A program made the translations under genes and the position numbers. The notes under the pieces were generated by a model. It was not told the DNA's origin, made no database searches, and worked only from the letters and a program-made list of their open reading frames with translations. From assembly GCF_009914755.1 (NCBI RefSeq), contig NC_060934.1: 64,000 nt of DNA; one strand, 5' to 3'. Below are positions 51,721-64,000 of this stretch, piece by piece (position 1 is the first letter of the stretch; each line of letters starts with the position of its first letter). This stretch comes from the human T2T-CHM13v2.0 reference genome, Homo sapiens.

Positions 51721-53271
51721 TGTGTCCAGAATTGGTGGGTTCTTGGTCTCACTGACTTCAGGAATGAAGCCGCGGACCCTCGCAGTGAGTGTTACAGTTC
51801 TTAAAGGTGATGTGTCCGGAGTTTTTTCCTTATGATGTTCAGATGTGTTCGCAGTTTCTTCTTTCTGGTGGGTTCGTGGTCTCACTCGCTCAGGAGTGAA
51901 GCTGCAGACCTTCACGGTGAGTGTTACAGCTCTTAATGCGGCGTGTCTGGAGTTGTTCGTTCCTCCCGGTGGGTTTGTGGTATTGCTGGCCTCAGAAATG
52001 AAGCTGCAGACCTTCACAGTGAGTGTTACAACTCATAAAAGCAGTGCAGACCCAAAGCGTGAACAGCAGCAAGATTTATTGCAAAGAGCGAAAAAATAAA
52101 GCTTCCACAGTGTGCAAAGTGAGCTGAGTGGGTTACTACTACTGGCTAGGGCAGCCTGCTTTTATTCTCTTATCTGGCCCCACCCACATCCTGCTGATTG
52201 GTCAATTTTACAGAGAGCCGATGGGTCTGTTTTACAGAGAGCTGATTGGTCCATTTTGACAGGGTGCTGATTGGTGCGTTTACAATCCCTGAGCTAGACA
52301 CAAAAGTTCTCCACCTGTCCACTAGATTAGCTAGATACAGAGTGCTGATTGGTGTATTTACAAACCCTGAGCTAGACACAGAGTGCTGATTGGTGCATTT
52401 ACAAACCTTGAGCTAGATACAGAGTGCCGATTGGTGTATTTACAATCCCTTAGCTAGACATAAACGTTCGCCAAGTCCCCACCAAATCAGCTAGACACAG
52501 AGCGCAGATTGGTGCATTTACAAACCTTGAGCTAGACACAGAGTGCTGATTGGTGCATTTACAAAGCTTGAGCTAGATACAGAGTGCTGATTGGTGTATT
52601 CACAATCTCTTAGCTAGACATAAAGGTTCTCCAAGTCCCCGCTAGACTCAGGAGCCCAGCTGGCTTCACCCAGTGGATCCCGCACCAGGGTGGCTGGTGG
52701 AGCTGCCTGCCAGTCCCTCGCCCTGCACCCCACTTCTCAGCCTTTGGGCAGTTGATGGGATCGGGCACCCTGGAGCAGGGGGCGGCGCTCATCGGGGAGG
52801 CTCGGGCCACGCTGGAGCCCACGGTGGCAGGGGGAGGCTCAGGCATGGCGGGTTGCAGGTCCTGAGTCCTGCCCTGCGGGGAGGCAGCTAAGGCCCGCCG
52901 AGAAATGGAGCACAGCGCTGGTGGGCTGGCACTGTTGGGGGACCCCGCGAACCCACCACAGCTGCGGGCCCAGGTGCTAAGCCCCTCACTGCCCAGGGCA
53001 GCCGGCCACTCCCGAGTGCGGGCCTGCCAAGCCCACGCCCACAGGGAACTCTAGCTGGCCCGCAAGCACAGCGTGCAGCCCCGGTTCCCCCCGTGCCTCT
53101 CCCTCCACACCTCCCCGCAGGCTGAGAGAGCCGGCTCTGGCCTCGGTCCCAGGAAGTGGCTCCCACAGCGCAGCGGCGGGCTGAAGGGCTCCTTAAGCCG
53201 GCCAGAGTGGGCGCTGAGGCCGAGGAGGTGCCAAGAGCGAGCGAGGGCTGCCAGCACGCTGTCACCTCTCA
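51721..53271 (-). mobile_element. Solo ERV9 LTR (LTR12C-like), full length
   Basis: Reverse complement starts TGAGAGGTGACAGCGTGCTGGCAG; array of ~41-bp CCAAT (gctgattggtg) repeats at 52190-52620; 4-bp TSD AAAG (51717-51720, 53272-53275). Confidence 0.93.
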
Positions 53272-53488
53272 AAAGTTCATTCCAAGCTCCACACAAAAAT
53301 ACCTGAAATAGGCCAGGTGCAGTGGCTCACGCCTGTAATCCCTGCACTGTGGGAGGCCAAGGTGGGTGGATCACCCAAGGTCAGGAGTTCAAGACCAGCC
53401 TGGCCAACATGATGAAACCCCCGTCTGTACTAAAAATACGAAAAATTAGCCAGGCGTGGTGGTGGGCGCCTGTAATCCCAGCTACTCA

Positions 53489-53593
<105 letters not shown>

Positions 53594-54084
53594 TCAAAAA
53601 ACAAACAATGACAACAACAACAAAAAAACCCTGAAATAACTCATTCAATTCAAAAGTATTTGAGGGAGGGCCGGGCGCGGTGACTCATGCCTGTAATCCC
53701 AGCACTTTGGGAGGCCGAGGAGGGTGGATCATGAGGTCAAGAGATCGAGACCATCCTGGCCAACATGGTGAAACCCCATCTCTACTAAAAATACAAAAAA
53801 TTAGCTGGGCATGGTGACGTGCGCCTGTAGTCTCAGCTACTCAGGAGGCTGAGGCAGGAGAATTGCTTGAACCGGGGAGGCGGAGGTTGCAGTGAGCCAA
53901 GATGGTGCACCACTGCACTCCAGCCTGGTGACAGAGTGAGACTCCATCTCTAAATAAATAAATAAATAAAAATATTTGAGGTGTACTCATAGGCTAGACA
54001 CCCTACAAAGCACAGCAGGGCACACAGATAATTCAGGTACTTGCCTTTGCCTTCCAGGGTATCACCAGAAGACAGGCATTAAAC

Positions 54085-55205
<1,121 letters not shown>

Positions 55206-56065
55206 TAGGCAAATTTGGGATAATTTGTTACAGCAGCCATAGGAAACAAATCCAGGTACCCAGGATGAGCAACCATGGGAAGATATTACTACTCCAAGGC
55301 CTAGAGGGTCTGAAGGAAGAAGCAGTGTTATCAGAGCCCCATGAAGACTGAAGCCATGGAGAAGGGGCAACCAGACAGGAGTTCTGGTTCTAGAGTTTGC
55401 ACCATGCCAGGACAACAATACTAAGCAAAGAGGAAATCAGGGCAGAAATACCCTGATCTCATCCTTCCAACCTCTCCTCTCCTGCTTTTACCTCTCATTG
55501 GCTGAGGCCAACGGGATGTCAGAGGGCAAGAGAACCTGTGTGATGCAGTCTATAGGCCAGTCCCTGGGCAGAGCAGGACCAAGAAAGATGGAGATGCATT
55601 TGAGGTGGGAATGGGGACAGATGGAGAGTAACCAGCCTTGTGGGTAAAGGCTCTGCCAGGGTCTATTTAGCTAGGTATATGAGAAATCCCACTACAGTGT
55701 GTTAGTCAAAATGGTTACAATTCTTCTTGTAAAACCAGAAGCCTAGAAGTAGGCAGGCCAAGATTGGTGCATTGGCTTCATTGCCTCAACCCCAAAGTGG
55801 CACATGTCACTGGGATTAAGCAGAAGTCTATCGAAGGTCTTATGAGAAATATTTTTCTACACAATAAAAATAGACACTAAGAGGAAGTGCTCCTCTTTAG
55901 CCAAATGTTGTCATGTCTGCATATGTTGTTCAAAATATGGCAGTCATCTTGTGACCATGCGAGGACAAATTAACATTACCCAGCAGAAAGAACCCAAGTC
56001 CCTCATGACATCACCAAGCTGCTGCCACTGCCTTTTCTCTGGACATCTTGTTACAGAGATAATAA

Positions 56066-56254
<189 letters not shown>

Positions 56255-56925
56255 TAAACCACTCTTCATCAAGTGTTCTGTTTTGTTATTTGTAAACAAA
56301 ACTACCCATATGATGCATTTCTTCCCTACTTAAGCCAACTTGCTTTAGATTTCCTAGCACCAACAAATAAAGAATCCTTACTCGTGCAACCTGATAGTTC
56401 CAGAATATAGGAACTGTACCCTAAACAGAAAAGACTGATTAGCACGGTGGTTGCACATAATAATCAGGAACGAAGAGCGTTGCAAGATGATGAAGTGGGG
56501 AACGACATAATGAGGAGAACTAAATAAACTCTATCCCCCTTCCTGGGAGATGAAGCCCCTGGATTACCCTCCTGGTTAAAATGGGATGACAATGAGGAGT
56601 TGCAAAGGATGTGTAGTAACCAGGACTTAGTGAATGCCAGGCAGAGAGGAGAGATGCAGGAGATGAGTTAGAGATTGGGCAGGTTTGGAGTGAATGAGTC
56701 CTCTGGTATCATGGCATCCCTACTAGGCTGCAGCTTTTACCAGCCCTCTTGCAAATCAAATGGAAAAACATGCAAATTCTCACGTGGGAAAAAGTTTTTA
56801 ATAGTTCTGGCAATGTTGCCTCTAGGGAAGGCAGCCCACCATAGGGTTCAGATGAAATCAGATCTGATTGGGTGCTGGGAATTCTAGGCTTGGTGGCCAT
56901 GTGTAGTCCAGCCAGGGCTGAGTTA

Positions 56926-57204
<279 letters not shown>

Positions 57205-57253
57205 TCATGTCAACAAAACAGGGCATGTTAGTAAACATGATCACACCTGCTAA

Positions 57254-57972
<719 letters not shown>

Positions 57973-58234
57973 TAGCCAGGATGGTCTTGATCTCCTGACC
58001 CCGTGATCCGCCTGCCTTGGCCTCCCAAAGTGCTGGGATTACAGATGTGAACCACCACACCTGGCCCCAATTGTACATTTCTAACAAGCTCCCAGTTAAT
58101 AGTGATGCTACTGATCAGAGACCACACTTTGAACTGCGAGACTTAGGAGATACAGAACAATTTAAATATGTTTACTCAATTGTGAAAGCCCGAGTGAAAT
58201 CTTTTTTGTTGTTGTTAAAGGAGAGTTTTCTTTC

Positions 58235-58556
58235 TTTTAGAGCTCAGACATAGGAGCTCCTGGTTCTTAGGTCTTCAGATTCCAGGAATTATACCAGCAC
58301 CATCACCCTGCCACCTGCTTCTTAGGCCTTTGGCCTTGGACTGGGAGTTACACCATCTGCTCCCCTGCTACTCAGGCCTTTGGACTCCGACTGCAGTACA
58401 CCACCAGCTTTCCTAGTTCTCCAGCCTGCAGATGGCATATCGTGGGACCTCTCATCTTCTCTAATTCCATGAGCCAAGGCCCACAAAAAAATCTTATCTT
58501 ACGTATCTACGTATATCCTATTGGTTCTGTTTCTCTGCAAAACCTGACTAATACAT
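58235..58556 (+). mobile_element. ERVL LTR fragment (MLT2-type)
   Basis: tcaggcctttggactc...gcctgcagatggcatatcgtgggac...tcctattggttctgtttctctg...ctgactaataca. Confidence 0.75.
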
Positions 58557-60317
58557 CCTCTTTCCGTATTTGTAAATTCCTTCTCAACAGTAAGAACCCT
58601 GGTTCCTATTATCATTGATAATAGGAGTCATTGCCTAATCCTCCTGTAACCAATCTCTGGCCATGCTGGCTGCATGCTTGGCACTCAGGCTTTGACACTT
58701 AGCTGCAATTGCTGATGCTCTCAGTGTTTTCCAAAGTGTTAATCCAGCTGGGCAATAACACTATACTTACTATTTCTTTCATGTCTCTAGCACCTGATAC
58801 ATCCAAGCTAATACATTTCCTTCACTAAGGTACCATCTGAGCTCATCACTAGCAAAAGTTTTAGTAATTGCACCATCACCTTCTGCCAGAGACAATCTGT
58901 GTGCCACCTTCCACCAATGATGGTGTCCTCATAGCCAGGTGGCAGGTGACTCAACCCCAAACATCCAGTCCTCCTGTTTTGGTTTTTTTTGGATCACCCC
59001 ACTTCTGGTACCAATTATCACAGGTTGGATTCTCTGGGAAGCAGACTACGAAACAGATTGGCATGCAGGAGGTTTGTTAGGGGATGTATTGCAGAAAGGA
59101 AGGAAACAGGATTGGGCAGAGGAAGCAGCTGAGTTTCACACTATGCAGCTCTCTTCCGCTGAGGCAGTCTGCAAAGGGGCACACAGCTGAGAGCTGTCTG
59201 CTGGCAGCATTTCCAGTCACTGGGAAAATAATTTCTTTTTTCCCTGGACAGTGCATCACAGGTCCCCCCACAACATCATCAAGGCTGTTCTGTAACCACA
59301 AGTAAATCATCTCTTCTTCATCTATAAGTTGATTCACAAATTTGGAAATCAATGTGGAATATTTTTCTTTTTGGATCTCTGTGAATATTGTTTGATACAG
59401 AGCTTGTGATCAATAAGATTACCAATTACATTTTCTCTTTTATACTTTTGCTTTCCTCTACAGTTTCTAATTGCTTTTTTGGTACTATTTGAAGAAATAT
59501 ATTGTCAACTTTTTCCAACCTCTTCATCAAATTCACTTTTCTATGGAAATCCTCCTTTTTTTTCTTTTCTTTTCTTTTCTTTTTTCTTTCTTTTTTTTTT
59601 TTTTTTTTTTTTTTGAGACAGAGTCTTGCTCTGTCTCCCAGGCTGGAGTGCAGTGGCGTGATCTTGGCTACCGCAACCTCCACCTCCCGAGTTCAAGCAA
59701 TTCTTCTGCCTCAGCCTCCCGAGTAGCTGGGACTACAGGCACCCACTGCCACACCCAGCTAATTTCTGTATTTTTAGTAGAGATAGGGTTTCACCATGTT
59801 GACCAGGCTGGTCTTGAACTCCTGACCTCAGGCGATCTGCCTGTCTTGGCCTCTGAAAGTGCTAGGATTACAGACGTGAGCCACTATGCCTGGCTCTCCT
59901 TTTTTTTTCCCCTAGAGATCTCCATCCCAGGGCCCTGTGTCTGCCCACTTCAATTTGGATGAGCTGTTATTCCAGTCTTGCTACACAGTTGTCACCATGG
60001 GGTTTCCCTTTACTGCCATCCTTGGTTAAACTCATTGCTTTCTGGATTCCATGTTTAAAACTTTTGTTTCGTTTATGCCCTGGTTTTGCTGAGGTATTTT
60101 CTTAGAAGAGATGTAAAGCAAGCTAGTTTTATGAGTCTAAAAAATGTCTTTATTTTTCTTTTCCATTTAGTTGAAGATTTGACTGGATATAGAATTTTGA
60201 GCTGAAACTAATTTTTCATCAGGAATTTAAAAGCATTGTTCCATTGTCTGCCTGAAATGGATTCTTTCTTTTTTTTTTTTTTGAGATGGAGTCTCACTTT
60301 TGTCACCCAGGCTCTAG

Positions 60318-60572
<255 letters not shown>

Positions 60573-60626
60573 TGATCCAGCATTCACTCAACAAACATTC
60601 CAAGTATGTTCTAGGCACTAATGATA

Positions 60627-61530
60627 CAGGTGCTCCCTGTAAATTCTTCATAAGTTAAAAGTATTGTAAGTTGAAAATGCATTTAACACACCTAACCTAC
60701 TGAACATAGGGATATGGGAGTTAAGAAGAAATTACTTGGGCAGATAGTGAGGGTACGGAAGTCCTTGGTAAGGCTTTTATCCTTAATGAAAAGCAGCCCC
60801 AAATTGTTTTTTAACAAAGAGCAGCCTATAAAGTTGAGCTGCAGATATAAACAAGCAAGCTGGGAGCTTGCACAGGTGAATGCCGGCAGGAGCTAGGGAC
60901 TATATGTGTTCAAGATGGTGGCTCTGTCTTCCTTTCTCTTTGTCGACCACCATACAATGTATTAAAGAGCAGTCAAGATAGTGCTGATCAACTGGAGAGT
61001 CCATTTACATAATAAGATTAGGGTGGGGCAGCCAGTCTTCCTCGCGGGCTATGTAAATGTCATACCTGATGGTACCAATCTATGAGGTCTGCGTAAATCA
61101 GACACCACCTTTTCCAGCCTGCCTATAAAATCTGCTGCGGTCCGCCGCCTCCCGTTTTGGACTTCTCTCTCTCTCCTTTCTTCTATTAAGTTTTCTACTT
61201 CTTAACCCACCCACGTGTGTCTGTGTCCTGAATTCTTTCTCATTGTGAGACAAGGAACCCCAGCATAAATACTCTAGACAATGTAGCTGTTAAAGTAGCA
61301 TAGCCTAGCCTACCTAAAACGTGCTGAGAACACTTGCATTAGCCTACAGTTGGGCAAAATCACCTAACACAAAGCCTAGTTTGTGACAAAGTGTTGAATC
61401 TCATAGAATTTATTGAATACTGTACTGAATTTGAAAAACAGAATAGTTGTTTGAATACTCAAAGTACAGTTTCTGCTGAATGCATTCTCTCTTTTGAGCC
61501 ATCTTATGATAAATCTACATCAAATTATTG
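60627..61530. mobile_element. Tigger2/MER8-type DNA transposon split by an ERV1 LTR (LTR9-like, ~60710-61295)
   Basis: gaaaatgcatttaacacacctaacctactgaacatag resumes after the LTR as catagcctagcctacc...ttgggcaaaatcacctaacac. Confidence 0.65.
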
Positions 61531-61544
61531 TTATGTTAGGGAAG

Positions 61545-62445
61545 GAAACTGCCTTTGCAGAACTGACAGTAACAGAAATGTGACATGGTTGACTTCATCT
61601 TGCTTCTGACCTCCAAGCTGTCCTTGGTTATTCCTGGGCATAGGCCAAGCTAACTTTGGGAGGAATTCAATTTATAGTTTAATTTGAAAGTAAAGATTAT
61701 AATAGTCCCTCCCTAAAACTAACCCCCTCCTTTCTCAGGGACCAAAATCGCCTTTGTAAGACTAATGAAAGGCCACAGGAATAGGATAATGGGAGAAGGC
61801 AGAACTCTGCTAAAATGTAGGCATAGTTTCTATAGTCCCTTAATGCCCAGGGGTCATGTGGCCAGAGTTCACAAGATCTGTGACTTTCCCAATTGCTCCT
61901 GTAAGTAACATCACTATTGTAGAACTTAAGATTGGGGTGTTTGTTTGTTTGTTTGTTTTTGTATTTTTAGTAGAGACGGGGTTTCACCATCTTGGCCAGG
62001 CTGGTCTCGAACTCCTGATCTTGTGATCCACCCACCTGGGCCTCCCAAAGTGCTGGGATTACAGGCGTGAGCCACCGCGCCCAGCCAAGATTGAGTTTTT
62101 TAAGATGTTTTTCAGACTGACCTCACTCAGACTCATGACTCATGACTCAACAGGTCCTGGGGCCCCACCCAGAGGCAGACTCAGTGCATGAGGACTGCTT
62201 TCCACACCGGTATGATTTCATCCCCAACCAATCAGCGGCACTATCCCCCTACCCCCTGACAACCAAATTGTCCATAAAAACCCTTGTTCCGAGCCTACAG
62301 GGAGACTGATCTGAGGGATAACTCCAGTTCTCCCACGTGGGCTCAGCCTCGCGGCAGTTAAACTCTTTCTCTATTGCAATGCCATGGTCTCAGTGAATTG
62401 ATTTTTGTCTGTGCAGTGGGGAAGAAGAACTTGTTGGGTGGCTCC
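61545..62445 (+). mobile_element. ERV1 LTR (LTR8-like) containing an Alu fragment
   Basis: gaaactgcctttgca...catcttgcttctgacctccaagctgtccttg...ctaactttgggagg, typical of the LTR8 family. Confidence 0.7.
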
Positions 62446-63100
62446 AGAACCATCTGTATAATGATGAATAAGACAAAGTCCCTACTCTCATGGAGGAGAC
62501 AGATAATAAAGAAAAGAAAAAAAAAGGATTTGGTCATTGTAAGTGCTATGAAGAATTTAAATAGGCTAAAGGGATAGGTGGAGAATAGAAGTTGCATTTT
62601 TTCTTTCCCTCCAGATAGAGTCTCACTCTGTCACCCAGGCTGGAGTGCAGTGGTGCGATCTTGGCTCACTGCAACCTCCACCTCTGGGTTCAGGCAGTTC
62701 TCCTGCCTTAGCCTCCTAAATAGCTGGGATAGCAGGCACCTGCCACCACGCCCGGCTAATTTTTGTCTTTTTAGTAGAGAGGGGGTTTTACCATGTTCGC
62801 CAGGCTGGTCTTGAACTCCTAACCTCAAGTAATCCACCCACCTCGGCCTCCCAAAGTGCTGGGATCACAGGCATGAGTCACTGTGCCCGACCTGAAAGTT
62901 GCTATTTTAGGTGTGATGAGCAGCACAACATCTTTCCTGAGGAGGTGACATTTGAGATGTGACTTGAATTGTGAGGAGTAATGTGTCATGCAAAAATACA
63001 GGGAAGTCATATTGTAGTCAAAGGCAATAGCAAAAAAAAGTCTTTGGGGTTAAAATAAGTCTGACACATTCAAGAAAGTTCAGAAAGGCATACATACCTG

Positions 63101-63817
63101 TGTTAGAGTAGGTAGCTAGGGGAACATGAGAAGGGCAGCAGAGGGCATTCCACCCCCACCCCCAACCAGGAATGTCAGGCGACCATCATGTGATGGTCAG
63201 GTGGTTGTTACACTGTTTCTCTAAAATCATCATTGGTTGCAGCCAGCACCAGGGAAAGGCCGGCTCCCAATAGATAGAAAACACCTGAAGCTAGTGTCAG
63301 CCGCTTCCTGATAAGATCTCAGGAGTTGGGCAAGTGGGCTCAAGCATGGGCCCTAAGGGGCAAAATGTCAGAGTTTAACTAATATATGACCTTCCTCTAG
63401 GAATTCTCGACTGGCAAGGGAAAAATGCCTCAAATGAGCACGCGCACAACTTCAGTAAACACACTGTGAGTGCGGCCACTCCCAAGTGCTGGCAGACCAC
63501 TGCATAAGTGGACAGCCTGCTCCAAGGGAAGGATCAGGAGAGAAGAAACGCAAATCCCAGAACCGTGCCAACATATAAAACCCCACATTAAGGGTTGTAC
63601 AGTGCACTGGGATTTCTCAAGTCACCCGCTTGGTCCTCTTCCAAGTATACTTTACTTCCTTTCATTCCTCTCTAAAACTTTTTTAAAAACTTTCACTCCT
63701 GCTCTAAAAGTTATCTTGGTTTCTTACTCTACCTTATGCCCCTTGGGCGAATTTTTTCCTCTGAGGAGGGAAGAATAGAGTTGCTGCTGCAGACACATCA
63801 GATTCCCTACTGGTAAC
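63101..63817 (+). mobile_element. ERV1 LTR (MER50-like)
   Basis: TGTTAGAGTAGG...aggaatgtcaggcgaccatca...ctggtaaca terminus. Confidence 0.7.
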
Positions 63818-64000
63818 AGCTGGAGTGCGGTAAGTAAGGAGGAGAGGGCTGGAAAATGAAGTTGGCTCTGATTCCCATTACTTGAAAATACAGGGTAGGA
63901 AAACCCTATCTTCTTAGGTTCAGTGGCTGGGGAGCACCATCACTCAAGGTGAGAACTGCCTGGCTGAGCCCAGCCAACTCACAGAACTGTATGAGGTATT

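Noticed and set aside
52190-52620. Array of ~41-bp direct repeats resembling CRISPR or a minisatellite
   Set aside because: No unique spacers; this is the normal ERV9/LTR12 U3 enhancer array.

Overview
Primate (almost certainly human, chr10q26) euchromatic window, roughly one-third Alu plus L1, LTR and DNA-transposon remnants. Left: CpG-island promoter of ATE1 (arginyltransferase 1, minus strand) with two alternative coding first exons (2183-2288 and 2686-2770). Right-centre: the complete NSMCE4A gene (SMC5/6 kleisin NSE4A, minus strand, 10 coding exons giving 385 aa plus a 3'UTR exon, ~31440-49506). The most interesting signal is missed by the ORF track. On the plus strand, head-to-head with ATE1, lies the fossil of a spliced protein-coding gene with phase-compatible exons at ~5432-5541, 23762-23837 and 25275-26370 and a polyA signal at 26416. 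It carries an AluS inserted inside its last coding exon (17-bp TSD), five nonsense codons and three frameshifts. The reconstructed protein resembles, from memory, the HTEX4/ZNRD1-AS1 family, i.e. the likely lost orthologue of mouse Dfa (the ATE1-AS1/ATE1OSP locus). Other notable structure: an Alu-Alu-mediated ~1.3-kb tandem duplication with a chimeric junction Alu, solo LTR5A and LTR12C elements upstream of and co-oriented with ATE1 and NSMCE4A, nested and re-used insertion sites, and a tiny polyadenylated insertion. Gene and repeat names come from recognition of the sequence, not from database searches. Most short ORFs in the track are Alu/L1/LTR artefacts.
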